A stretch of 64,000 bases of DNA, taken from UHGV virus genome UHGV-0277313. One strand, given 5' to 3'. Both the position numbers and the translations under genes were made by a program. Within the stretch, counting starts at the first letter, position 1. Every line of letters begins with the position of its first letter. This document shows positions 20,070 through 29,905 of the stretch, in pieces. The notes beneath the pieces are model-generated. The model was not told the DNA's origin and made no database searches. It saw nothing but the letters and a program-made list of their open reading frames with translations. The stretch comes from a virus.

Positions 20070-20172
20070 TGGCTTCAAAATCTTTAGTGAATAAGGTGTT
20101 TGGTTTGACGGTTGAAATCATTTTTTAATGAATTCAAAGAATATTTAGTGATAGAATAAGAGTGGGAAAGTT

Positions 20173-20679
20173 ATGATTGTAATTGGTTACCAAGGAATTG
20201 GGAAATCAACATTGGTAAAAGACAGCAATTCTTATATCGATTTTGAAAGCTCCAATTTCAAAATTAATGGGAAACGCCCGGATGGGTGGGAACAGATGTA
20301 TTGCGAAGCGGCGTTGGATTTAAGTCGTCAGGGGCACGTTGTTTTTACGGCATCCCATAAATGCATACGGGATTATTTGAAAGATCGCCAAGGTAGCGAA
20401 GTTGTGCTGATTGTTGCACCGTCCGTAGACTTGAAAGACTTGTGGTTGGAAAAACTTAGAAATCGTTACAAAGAAACTGGTCTTGAAAAAGATAAGTTGG
20501 CTTTGCTCAACGCAGAAGATTGTTTTGGCGAAAACATAAAAGAAATGCAGAATTATGCAAGTGTTTTCCCGTTTTATGAAATCACTGATATGAGCTACAA
20601 ATTGCGTTTTCTGTTTGATAACTTTTTAAAAGACGAAGAAGTCCTTAAAACTTTTGGATTTAAACGTTTACATGTTTAA
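20173..20679 (+). CDS. P-loop kinase-like protein (nucleotide or polynucleotide kinase-like)
   Basis: N-terminal GYQGIGKST Walker A. Locally elevated GC. Confidence 0.55.
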   Translation: MIVIGYQGIGKSTLVKDSNSYIDFESSNFKINGKRPDGWEQMYCEAALDLSRQGHVVFTASHKCIRDYLKDRQGSEVVLIVAPSVDLKDLWLEKLRNRYKETGLEKDKLALLNAEDCFGENIKEMQNYASVFPFYEITDMSYKLRFLFDNFLKDEEVLKTFGFKRLHV

Positions 20680-20789
20680 TCATGATTAATACCGAAGAAA
20701 ATGCAAGTGTAATTATTAATACTTAAAACTCAAAAACAAAATTTCGATTGAGAAAATTTTTAAGTTTCTTTAACAGTTAGGTAAGTAAA

Positions 20790-22784
20790 ATGAAGCAAGT
20801 AATAAAACGCGATGGAAAAGAAGTTAAATTTAATTTGAAAAAGATTGTATCGGCTATTCGTAGGGCTGGAGAGTCTTCTGGTGAATTTGGTTATGACGAA
20901 GCTTTAGATTTAACAAATTCAGTAATTCAAATGTTTGATAATAAAGAAAAAGCAACTGTTGAAGAGATTCAAGATGCTGTTGAAAAAGTGTTGAATGAAA
21001 ATAATTACACAAAGACAGCACGCGCTTTTATTGTGTATCGTGAAAAACATAATGATATGAGAAAAGATAATAATGTAATGATTGATGCTGTTCAGTCAAT
21101 TGATGATTATCTTGATCGTTCAGATTGGCGTGTAAACGCTAACGCAAATCAGGGGTATTCTTTAGGTGGTATGATTCTAAATACTTCTGGTAAAGTAACA
21201 GCAAATTATTGGTTGAGCCATGTGTACCCTAAAGAAGCTGGTGAAGCACATCGTAATGGTGATATACAGATTCACGATTTAGATATGTTAGCAAATTATT
21301 GTACTGGATGGTCATTGCGTGCATTGCTTCAGGAAGGCTTTAACGGTGTTAAAGGTAAAGTTGAAAGTAAACCACCAAAACATTTAGCTTCAGCTTTAGG
21401 ACAAATGGTGAATTTTTGGGGTTGTTTACAGAATGAGAATGCAGGTGCACAGGCATTTAGTAGTTTCGACACATATCTTGCACCTTATGTTCGTAATGAT
21501 AAATTGACATACAAACAGGTTTATGATGCTATTCAGGAATTTGTATTTAATGTGAATGTTCCTTCAAGATGGGGAACACAGACGCCTTTTACGAACATTA
21601 CATTAGATTGGACATGTCCGGAAGATTTGAAGGATTCACAACCTATAATTGCTGGTGAAGAGATGGATTATACATATTCTGAACTTCAACCAGAAATGGA
21701 CATGATTAATAAAGCCTTTATTGAAGTCATGATTAAAGGTGATGCACATGGACGTTTATTTACATTTCCTATTCCGACATATAATATTACACCAGACTTC
21801 CCGTGGGAAAGCGAAAATACAAAGTTGTTGTTCGAAATGACGGCAAAGTATGGGTTGCCGTATTTTCAGAATTTCTTGAATTCAGATTTGAAAGTTGGTG
21901 ATGTTAGAAGTATGTGCTGTCGTCTTCAACTTGACTTGCGTGAAATTAAAAAACGCGGTGGCGGTCTATTTGGTTCAGGGGAACAGACAGGTTCAATTGG
22001 TGTTATAACAATTAACTGTGCGCGTTTAGGGTATCTGTTTAAGAATGATATAACAGGTTTATATAAACGTTTAGATGAATTGATGAATATTGCTAGAAAT
22101 GCATTAGAACAAAAAAGAAAGTCATTAAATAAATGGATGGAGCAAGGTTTGTATCCTTATTCTAAACGTTATTTAGGTGGTTACAACACTTTGTTTTCAA
22201 CGATAGGAATTAATGGTGTAAACGAAATGATTCGTAACTTTACAAACGATGAACATGATATCACAGATGACTATGGACAGAAGTTTGCAATGTCTTTAAT
22301 GGATCATATTAATGAGGTGTTAAAACAATTTCAGGTTGAAACTGGTAATTTATACAACTTGGAGGCTACGCCAGGAGAAGGAACTACTTTTAGGTTTGCG
22401 AAAGAAGATAAAAAACGCTATCCTGAAATTATTCAAGCAGGAAAACCTGAAGCACCTTATTATACAAACTCAACACAGATACCTGTTGGGTATACAAATG
22501 ATCCATTTACTGCATTAAATCTGCAGGAAGGTTTGCAGAGACGCTATAGTGGCGGCACAGTTGTACACCTTTACATGGGAGAAGCAATGTCATCATCAGA
22601 TTCTTGCAAGACTTTAGTGAAGCGTGTTCTGGAGAATTATCACATTCCATATTTAACAATTACACCTACGTTCTCGATTTGTCCTAAGCATGGGTATATC
22701 TCAGGTGAACATAAATATTGTCCTATTTGTGATGAAGAGTTAACTTCACCAAAGCAAGAGCAATGTAAAGCTTGTAAGGGTTAA
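20790..22784 (+). CDS. nrdD: anaerobic ribonucleoside-triphosphate reductase
   Basis: N-terminal ATP cone and a C-terminal Cys cluster CPKHGYISGEHKYCPIC with a glycyl-radical-like GY. Confidence 0.9.
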   Translation: MKQVIKRDGKEVKFNLKKIVSAIRRAGESSGEFGYDEALDLTNSVIQMFDNKEKATVEEIQDAVEKVLNENNYTKTARAFIVYREKHNDMRKDNNVMIDAVQSIDDYLDRSDWRVNANANQGYSLGGMILNTSGKVTANYWLSHVYPKEAGEAHRNGDIQIHDLDMLANYCTGWSLRALLQEGFNGVKGKVESKPPKHLASALGQMVNFWGCLQNENAGAQAFSSFDTYLAPYVRNDKLTYKQVYDAIQEFVFNVNVPSRWGTQTPFTNITLDWTCPEDLKDSQPIIAGEEMDYTYSELQPEMDMINKAFIEVMIKGDAHGRLFTFPIPTYNITPDFPWESENTKLLFEMTAKYGLPYFQNFLNSDLKVGDVRSMCCRLQLDLREIKKRGGGLFGSGEQTGSIGVITINCARLGYLFKNDITGLYKRLDELMNIARNALEQKRKSLNKWMEQGLYPYSKRYLGGYNTLFSTIGINGVNEMIRNFTNDEHDITDDYGQKFAMSLMDHINEVLKQFQVETGNLYNLEATPGEGTTFRFAKEDKKRYPEIIQAGKPEAPYYTNSTQIPVGYTNDPFTALNLQEGLQRRYSGGTVVHLYMGEAMSSSDSCKTLVKRVLENYHIPYLTITPTFSICPKHGYISGEHKYCPICDEELTSPKQEQCKACKG

Positions 22785-22789
22785 TGCAA

Positions 22790-22825
22790 AAGGGCGGAAG
22801 TTAAACGCTTCCGCCCTTGTTTTAA
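22790..22825 (+). terminator. hairpin and T-run between nrdD and nrdG
   Basis: gggcggaag-ttaaac-gcttccgccc followed by ttgtttt. Confidence 0.55.
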
Positions 22826-22839
22826 AGAAAGGAATTAAA

Positions 22840-23535
22840 ATGATTTTGGGTGGAATACAGCCATTTACAACAATAGATTATCCAAATAAATTAGCAGCGG
22901 TTTTCTTTTCAAAGGGATGTCCTTTAAGGTGTCCTTATTGTCAAAATCCATCATTGCAACAAGTATCTAATAAATCGGATCTTGCATGGTCTATTGCAGA
23001 ACAATTTATGAAGTCTAGAAAAGGGTTGCTTGATGCCGTCGTATTTTCAGGAGGTGAACCATTAATTCAATATGATTTAAAAGAAGCAATGTTATATGCG
23101 AAAGAAAATGGTTTTTTGGTAGGATTACATACATCTGGAGTGTCATTGTCAGCATTTGAAAGAGTTATATCTGTTGTTGATTGGGTTGGTTTAGATGTTA
23201 AGACTTGTTTTGATTTATACAATGAAAGATTAGGGTGTTCTGGAAATATTCAAACAGAACAGTGTTTGGATCTATTGTTAAAGTTAAACAAAGATTTTGA
23301 AGTTCGAACAACATTGGATCCACGTGTCATTAGTGTTGATGAATTAATGTGTTTAGCAAAGTGTTTAAGTAATAAAGGTGTAAAGACATTTGCTATTCAA
23401 GAATATCATGCTTTTCCTGAAGCTAAAGAAATACCTGATGCAATACAAACGAAGGCTTATTTTAAAGATGATGTTCTTAAAAAGATAGAATGTTTATTTG
23501 AGAATTTTATTGTACGTAGAAGTGGTGGTATTTAA
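22840..23535 (+). CDS. nrdG: anaerobic RNR activating enzyme (radical SAM)
   Basis: CPLRCPYC CxxxCxxC cluster. Confidence 0.85.
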   Translation: MILGGIQPFTTIDYPNKLAAVFFSKGCPLRCPYCQNPSLQQVSNKSDLAWSIAEQFMKSRKGLLDAVVFSGGEPLIQYDLKEAMLYAKENGFLVGLHTSGVSLSAFERVISVVDWVGLDVKTCFDLYNERLGCSGNIQTEQCLDLLLKLNKDFEVRTTLDPRVISVDELMCLAKCLSNKGVKTFAIQEYHAFPEAKEIPDAIQTKAYFKDDVLKKIECLFENFIVRRSGGI

Positions 23536-23936
23536 TGTTTGATATTTTTGCAAAATTAGGTTTACCGATTCCTTCAAAAAAGGATATTATCTTCGTTACT
23601 ATTATTGTTGTTTTAGCGTTAATTTGTTGGAAGCAACATTGTGTAATCAGTGATAAAAATGAAATTATTGATGGAAAGAATACAGAAATTTCTGTACAAA
23701 AAAAGACTATTAGTGAGCTTGATAAAAGTTACAAAGAATCATCTGAAAAAATAAATCAGATGAATGCGAAACTTAATGTAGTTGAAAATACATATCAAGC
23801 TAAATTAAATGAAATTCTTTTGACAGCTGGAAAATGCAAATCTGATTTAAACCCATCGGAAATTGAAAAGAAAGCTAGAGTAGATTTTCAGAAAATTATT
23901 GATGATTTAGCACATTCAACAAAAAAGGAAAGATGA
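23535..23936 (+). CDS. membrane-anchored coiled-coil protein (i-spanin-like)
   Basis: N-terminal TM segment IIFVTIIVVLALICW followed by a coiled coil. Confidence 0.4.
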   Translation: MFDIFAKLGLPIPSKKDIIFVTIIVVLALICWKQHCVISDKNEIIDGKNTEISVQKKTISELDKSYKESSEKINQMNAKLNVVENTYQAKLNEILLTAGKCKSDLNPSEIEKKARVDFQKIIDDLAHSTKKER

Positions 23937-23937
23937 C

Positions 23938-24252
23938 ATGTTTAAAAAGTTTTGTACAAGTATTTTAGTAACATTTGTATTATCAGGTTGTTCACATAAA
24001 GAAGTAGCAATTGTAGTTGATAAACCAACTGTTCCTGTGTATGTTCCAGCTGAAGTAACATCACCTGAAATTATATTATTTGTAACTAAAGATAGTGAAG
24101 GTAATACATTGTATTCTTTTGATGAAAACAACTTTATTAAGTTAAAAAAGTTCCTGTTAGATATCACAAGAAACAATGAATTTACAAGAGAAGTTGTATG
24201 CTACTATAATAAAGACATTTGTGAATTAAAAATAGTTGAAAAGAAAAAATGA
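23938..24252 (+). CDS. lipoprotein (o-spanin-like)
   Basis: Signal peptide with lipobox LSGC. Confidence 0.5.
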   Translation: MFKKFCTSILVTFVLSGCSHKEVAIVVDKPTVPVYVPAEVTSPEIILFVTKDSEGNTLYSFDENNFIKLKKFLLDITRNNEFTREVVCYYNKDICELKIVEKKK

Positions 24253-25250
24253 TTAATTGTTTTGATGTAGAATCTTTATCCGTGTTACAAAAGTATTGTT
24301 TTAAACAAACTTTTCTAATTGGTGAAAATGTTGAAGAGTTTATTTTTGATAAACCTTTTGTAGATGAAAGACTAAGAGCATCAGAATACTTTTTAAAAGA
24401 TGTGCAACAAGGAATTCTATCTTTAGAAAATTTTATTAAAATAAATAAAATTAAAACGTTTAACGAATTAACAAAGAAAAGATCAATGTTTGCTTTTGAG
24501 TGTTTTGAGACGGAAAATTATGAAAAGAAAGTTTCAAAAGAATGTTTACCTATTTTTTGTCGTTTTATTTTAGATAGAAGATTAGCAAAAGATGGCTATT
24601 TTGGCGACACTCAAAAGTTTACACAAAACAATAGAGAAGCTATTTTAGTTACAGTTTATGAATGTAATTTTGTGTACGAAACTGGATTACAAAATAATTA
24701 TACAACTGAAAATTTTATACAATCATTAAAATATAGATTCCAACCAAGTTTTGTTTATCGTTCGAATTGTGTTTATGAATTTCAGCATGTCATTCAAATT
24801 GTTCATAATTTATGTAATGAAAATCAATATGATTTAGATGGCGATTTAGATAAGATTTTAGGTTCAGATGATTTTAATGTGTACTATTCAGTTGCAACAG
24901 AAAAAGAAGCTTTCTTTATTCAAATTTTAAATCTAGTAAGTGAAAAGAATGGTTTAAATAATTTTAATAGTTTTGACGATTTAAAAATGAATTTCATAGA
25001 TGCAATGAAACAAATAGGACTATTCAAGTCTGAACAGACATTTGCTATTTTTGAAGATCCTTTAAAAAAATATTTTAATAGTGTTTCAATTAATGAATCA
25101 TTGTCAGAAAGTGACGTAAAACATGTGCTGAAAACAATTCATTCAAAAAATGTAGAAGGTGTCTTAAAAGTTAGCGATATCTTAAAGAAAATGACAAATG
25201 ATGAATTGAGGGATGAGTTTAAACGTTTTTTAAGAAATGGCGTGAAATAA
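24249..25250 (+). CDS. hypothetical protein
   Basis: ORF. Confidence 0.5.
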   Translation: MINCFDVESLSVLQKYCFKQTFLIGENVEEFIFDKPFVDERLRASEYFLKDVQQGILSLENFIKINKIKTFNELTKKRSMFAFECFETENYEKKVSKECLPIFCRFILDRRLAKDGYFGDTQKFTQNNREAILVTVYECNFVYETGLQNNYTTENFIQSLKYRFQPSFVYRSNCVYEFQHVIQIVHNLCNENQYDLDGDLDKILGSDDFNVYYSVATEKEAFFIQILNLVSEKNGLNNFNSFDDLKMNFIDAMKQIGLFKSEQTFAIFEDPLKKYFNSVSINESLSESDVKHVLKTIHSKNVEGVLKVSDILKKMTNDELRDEFKRFLRNGVK

Positions 25251-25283
25251 AAATAATAGATGTTTTTAATTTGAGAGTGAACA

Positions 25284-26036
25284 ATGCCAAAAGCTGATAC
25301 ATATAGAAGAGATTTATTTAAAAGTAAAAATGATTTCTTTGCATCTCATAAAAGAGAACAAGATTTTATTGGCAATTTGACTCAATTTGGAGATGTTTCA
25401 ATTTTTGGCGGGATATTACGGGATTTTGCATTCAGGAATTTTTCTAGCCCTAAGTCAGATATAGATATTGTTATCAATTCTGCAAAAAAAGAAGGCATAT
25501 TTAATATATTAAATAATTTTTGTTATACAAAAAATAAGTTTGGCGGATATAGAATTAAAGACGAAGGAATAAAGGATTTTGATGTTTGGTTTTTAGAAGA
25601 TACTTGGGCTTTTAAAAATAAAATTATAAAGAAAAAACCAAGTTTTGAAGCGTTATTGGATACCACATTTTTCAATGTAGATTCTATTTTGTATTTATAT
25701 TCTTTTAATAGATTTCTTACATATGAGAATTACTTTTCTGATTTAGAAAATAAGCTTTTAGATATTCGTCTTGAGGAAAATCCAAATCCGTTATCATCTT
25801 TTGTTAGGGCGATATATTTATCAAATACGTTAAACTTAAAAGTTGGAAGAAAGTTATTTCATTTCTTAAAAAAAGAAATTAGAAATTTTGATGCTAACCT
25901 TATAGAAAATTATGCAAGAGAAAAATATGGGGCATCAGATATTTTTTTAAAAAGCAACATAGAAAACCTGCTTAATAAAATTGATATGTCTTCTGAAAAT
26001 GTCTTTTTAAGTGAAGAGGCATTTTCTATTTTTTAA
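25284..26036 (+). CDS. nucleotidyltransferase of the CCA-adding/poly(A) polymerase family (head domain only)
   Basis: FGGILRDFAF...SDIDIVI matches the GGxxRD...DxD signature. Confidence 0.5.
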   Translation: MPKADTYRRDLFKSKNDFFASHKREQDFIGNLTQFGDVSIFGGILRDFAFRNFSSPKSDIDIVINSAKKEGIFNILNNFCYTKNKFGGYRIKDEGIKDFDVWFLEDTWAFKNKIIKKKPSFEALLDTTFFNVDSILYLYSFNRFLTYENYFSDLENKLLDIRLEENPNPLSSFVRAIYLSNTLNLKVGRKLFHFLKKEIRNFDANLIENYAREKYGASDIFLKSNIENLLNKIDMSSENVFLSEEAFSIF

Positions 26037-26271
26037 AAATTTTTTAAGAATAAGTCTTGATTTCTAATTCAATATAAGTTAATCTAACTAAAGACAAAAG
26101 TTTGATAAGGTTTTAACTTTGAAGACAATTAGCTTACAATATGCCTGTTCAGAAGACGACCGAATCTTTATCAAAGACGAAATTCGGAAGTCATCTAAAT
26201 CTATTGTAAATTTATATAAAATTTATAATAGATTTAGATAAGTGAGTTATTTTAAATAATTGGAGGTTTTT

Positions 26272-26859
26272 ATGATTTCATTAAATAATTTTACAGTTGA
26301 TTATCTGAATGAAGATGAAGAAAATTACATGCACATTATTCAGAGTCATGATCCACGAACAGGAAAAATCTTTTCATCATGGGAAGAAGTGTGTGATTAT
26401 TTGGCAACATTTGATTTAGATAAAAAATCAAAGCATATTGTTGATGAAGCTATTGTATGGTTTGAAGAAAATGAAATTAAACCTACAGATAATTTGTTTG
26501 CAAATAGATTATCTGAATTAAAAGAAAAAAAGAGAGAAGAAATAAAAGCAGAAAAGATTGCTACCTTATCAAAAGGTTTACTTTATAAGGAAAAACATTT
26601 TCAATACGATGCAGATGGTAAATCAACAATTCTTTCAATTCGTTTAGGAATTATTGACGGCTCAATTAAAGAGTTTCCGATCGCATTTAAAACTTATGAA
26701 AATGTGTATGTTGAATTAACAGAAGAAGAATTTATTGATATGTCAAATAAAGCAGTTCAGTTTGAAACTCATTGTTTGCTTGTTAAAGATAATTGTTTAA
26801 AGCAAATTGACAATGCGAAAACTTTAACTGAATTGAGTACTGTAAAGTTCGACATTTAA
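26272..26859 (+). CDS. hypothetical protein
   Basis: RBS GGAGG upstream of the internal Met. Confidence 0.5.
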   Translation: MISLNNFTVDYLNEDEENYMHIIQSHDPRTGKIFSSWEEVCDYLATFDLDKKSKHIVDEAIVWFEENEIKPTDNLFANRLSELKEKKREEIKAEKIATLSKGLLYKEKHFQYDADGKSTILSIRLGIIDGSIKEFPIAFKTYENVYVELTEEEFIDMSNKAVQFETHCLLVKDNCLKQIDNAKTLTELSTVKFDI

Positions 26860-26936
26860 AAAGATTCAAACAAGATTTAACACGTTCTTGTTTATAACTG
26901 TTTTAAAACACTAATTTCGTCATTAAAGAGAATAAC

Positions 26937-27539
26937 ATGGCGCGCAACTCCATTAAATATGTTGTTGATATTGATTTAAATAAAAATTATCTTAAAAAAG
27001 CACGTTTTGAAAATCTTGCTGAAGCCCCTGCAGATCCAGCAGAGGGTCAAGTATACTATAATACAACAGATAAATGTTTTTATTTTTTCCATGAAAGCAG
27101 TTGGGAAAAGTTTGTTAAAACTTCTGAATTATTAACACTATTAAACGAGATGCTTCTTCCTGGTGACGGTGTTGATATTAAATTATACCCAGCTGAAAAT
27201 CCGACAAAATTACAAGTTTCTGTAAAAAATAAAAGCGCACTGTATGTAAAAGAATTTGGCGTTTCTGATTGGACTAATGGTGTCATGACTATTACTAAAG
27301 CAGTGCATCAATGCGGTGCAAAACCTGTACTTCAGGAAGTTATGGAATACGTTACTGTTGGTGATAAAACCATATCTCGTGATGTTGAAGTTGGTTTTGA
27401 ATATAATGCTGATGGTGATGTAACACTATACTCATCAGAAGGGTTTGTAGGGTATCTTCAGATAGGTTCACCTTATTCTGACCCAGTTCCTGTTGAAAGC
27501 AGTTTGAATGATATTCTATATGGCCCTGTTGTAGAGTAA
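26937..27539 (+). CDS. hypothetical protein
   Basis: ORF. Confidence 0.5.
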   Translation: MARNSIKYVVDIDLNKNYLKKARFENLAEAPADPAEGQVYYNTTDKCFYFFHESSWEKFVKTSELLTLLNEMLLPGDGVDIKLYPAENPTKLQVSVKNKSALYVKEFGVSDWTNGVMTITKAVHQCGAKPVLQEVMEYVTVGDKTISRDVEVGFEYNADGDVTLYSSEGFVGYLQIGSPYSDPVPVESSLNDILYGPVVE

Positions 27540-27555
27540 ATAGATGACAATAAAA

Positions 27556-27597
27556 ATAACGGGTTTCTTAATTGAAACCCGTTATTTTATTTTTTAT
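27556..27597. terminator. bidirectional rho-independent terminator
   Basis: aacgggtttc-ttaatt-gaaacccgtt flanked by T-runs on both strands. Confidence 0.65.
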
Positions 27598-27938
27598 TGT
27601 TTAATTTTAATCGTTAAAGAATATTTACCATTATCTTTTTTGATATTTGTTAAAGTGGCTGTCAGATATTCTTTTGACGTGTGTGAATTATTGAAGCATT
27701 GCAATTCAATCGTTTTAAAGTCAATAAATTTGCTTGCTATTTGCTGTATTTTACTTGAATGTGCTCTTGTGATAGTAATTTCCTCAAGTTGCTGTAGCCC
27801 TTTAAAAAGGGGTTTAGGAAGTACTATTTTAAAAGATGCAATTTCGTTTTTAATCACTGCATGGGCTTTCTTCTTTAAGAATTTAGAAATTAAATTTTTC
27901 AAGAATTCAACAATTTTCTTAAACATGGCAAACCTCAA
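27594..27938 (-). CDS. small basic hypothetical protein
   Basis: RBS GAGG 8 nt upstream, with terminators on both sides. Preferred over the overlapping + strand ORF. Confidence 0.45.
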   Translation of the reverse strand: MRFAMFKKIVEFLKNLISKFLKKKAHAVIKNEIASFKIVLPKPLFKGLQQLEEITITRAHSSKIQQIASKFIDFKTIELQCFNNSHTSKEYLTATLTNIKKDNGKYSLTIKIKQ

Positions 27939-27954
27939 ATTTATTATTTGATAT

Positions 27955-28030
27955 AAAAAATAGAACCCGTGTCAATAACAAATCACTATAATTAATTCGT
28001 TATCAACACGGGTTTCTTTTGTTTTTTATT
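27955..28030. terminator. long-stem bidirectional terminator between convergent gene blocks
   Basis: gaacccgtgtcaataac ... gttatcaacacgggtttc followed by ttttgtttttt. There is a T-run on the opposite strand as well. Confidence 0.6.
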
Positions 28031-28146
28031 CAGCAGCAATTGCTGAAACTTCCGTATGTTTGAAAGCAATATTTTCTTTGAAGTATTTGCGTTCTTCAAA
28101 TTCTGATTTCTTTCCAACATTGAAGTTTTCGTATGGACGGAAATAC

Positions 28147-28872
28147 TTAATCGACTATTACTTCAGATTTATCTGTTGTTTCGTTTAGTCTGTCAAGGTA
28201 GCTTCTAGCAATACCATAATTTCTTTGTAATAGGTATCGAGGTTTGCCGTCGTACATAAAGTTAATAAGTTTCAGGCATTCAGATTGATTAAAACGTAAT
28301 CTAAACAGTTTACCGTTTGTAACAATCTTTTTTGTTTCATTTATTACTTTATGTCTTACTAAAATACTTTTTACATTTTTTAGTACAGGCATGTAACCAA
28401 TAATTTCTGCAAACAGATGGTTGTTATGTAAACCGTCATAATAAAAAGAACCGTCGGCATCAAAAAGACCTCTGATAAAATCTTTTGAGATTTCATCTTG
28501 TAACAGGTCTATATGAATATCTCCACGGTCTTTTTTAAGTTTTGTTAATTCATAGCGTTTTAAAGCTTTATGCAACTTCCAGCTTCGAATTTCAAAACCA
28601 CATGATGGGTATTTATTTTTAGCAAGGAAACGTTTAATCGGTTTATCACTACCAATAAAATTTCTAAAATTGGTTAATAAATTTATATCCTTTTCAGCAC
28701 AACATATTCTGATTTTATTTTCTGTTGTACAGTTTCCTTCACCGTATAAATAACCAATCCAATATGCAGATTCATGATTTATACAATCAAACACTTGTTC
28801 ATTAAGTGTATATTTTCGTTTGTTCATTTTTACATCCTTTCGGATAAGTCTTCCGACTTGAGCTTTCCTCAT
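28147..28872 (-). CDS. LAGLIDADG homing endonuclease (free-standing)
   Basis: Two LAGLIDADG-type motifs: YWIGYLYGEG and IRGLFDADGSF. Confidence 0.8.
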   Translation of the reverse strand: MRKAQVGRLIRKDVKMNKRKYTLNEQVFDCINHESAYWIGYLYGEGNCTTENKIRICCAEKDINLLTNFRNFIGSDKPIKRFLAKNKYPSCGFEIRSWKLHKALKRYELTKLKKDRGDIHIDLLQDEISKDFIRGLFDADGSFYYDGLHNNHLFAEIIGYMPVLKNVKSILVRHKVINETKKIVTNGKLFRLRFNQSECLKLINFMYDGKPRYLLQRNYGIARSYLDRLNETTDKSEVIVD

Positions 28873-28935
28873 CGTTACTTTAATGTTTAATTAAAGCTTT
28901 CGATTATTATTAGAAACAATTTTATTTGGGCTATT

Positions 28936-29097
28936 TCACTTATGCGCACCCATGACGCGGGTCCATACTTCTGTTAACTGATGTTTATTGCCATCTTTCA
29001 TAGTGACAATTTGTTCAGTTTCATCGTAGTCTTCAATTTCATTGAAATCTTTGACTCCCTTTAGGCGCAACAACGCCATCTTTTTTTCATTTAACAT
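28936..29097 (-). CDS. small ORF (53 aa)
   Basis: Unlisted ORF MLNEKKMALLRLKGVKDFNEIEDYDETEQIVTMKDGNKHQLTEVWTRVMGAHK with SD GGAG 8 nt upstream. Confidence 0.3.
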   Translation of the reverse strand: MLNEKKMALLRLKGVKDFNEIEDYDETEQIVTMKDGNKHQLTEVWTRVMGAHK

Positions 29098-29449
29098 TTT
29101 AATTCTCCATTAAGTTAAGTGGAAATAAAAATCCGAAATGGAGTTCCAGATTCTTATTTGTGTGTTTTCCTATTTACTGTGTGTAAAAGCACATTCTTTA
29201 AGAAACATACTGTTTCCTAAAGGTAGATTGAAGAACTAAAGCTTTTATCTATCATACTGATAATAGCTTTAAAAATTCTTCTTTATTTTCAATAAGTTAA
29301 GGTTGTTGACAAACATTTTTATTTAGTTTAAAACGTTGAAAAACAACAAACATTTCAAGAACAAAAAGTTAATTTTAGAAGAAATGTTCCTAACCTATTG
29401 AAATCGTTAAGTTGCAAAAGATGTTTTTGTCTAATGCAATTTAATTGTG

Positions 29450-29644
29450 TTAAAATGGCAATTCTGGCTCATCACTTGTATCAACAAACACCTGTTTCTT
29501 TATCAAGTTTGATTTACCTTTAAACTCAAGCTTATTTGATTTCAGAAAAGAAAACCAAATTGAATAAAATTCAGATTCTGTTAAATTATCAGGTAACTCG
29601 ATTGAACCTGATACAGTGAAAGATTTAATCGTCTTCGTACTCAA
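29450..29644 (-). CDS. small acidic protein, paralog of the next gene
   Basis: Shares a SGSIE(L/T)P motif with 29625..29828. Confidence 0.45.
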   Translation of the reverse strand: MSTKTIKSFTVSGSIELPDNLTESEFYSIWFSFLKSNKLEFKGKSNLIKKQVFVDTSDEPELPF

Positions 29645-29828
29645 AATCTATCTCTTCTTCCATATCTTCTAGTTCACGATCTGTATCCTCTGTTGGTTCA
29701 ACGGTTCCTGCAAAAGTCCATCCGTTTTCTTCCATCAATTCAATAATAGCATCAATTACAGTATCAGCATCCTCTGTTCTTGGAGTTTCAATTGAACCGC
29801 TAATATCAAACCAAATACGTTTACTCAT
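29625..29828 (-). CDS. small acidic protein
   Basis: ISGSIETP motif and an acidic tail. Confidence 0.45.
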   Translation of the reverse strand: MSKRIWFDISGSIETPRTEDADTVIDAIIELMEENGWTFAGTVEPTEDTDRELEDMEEEIDFEYEDD

Positions 29829-29905
29829 TAATTAAATCCTTTTATTAAGTAAAATTATGATAGCAAAAGACCGCATAAATGTCAAGTAAAATAGAAAAAT
29901 TTTAT

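Noticed and set aside
27544-27951. Plus-strand ORF of 135 aa
   Set aside because: The sequence is hydrophobic and of low complexity. It overlaps a better-signalled minus-strand ORF and lies between two terminators.
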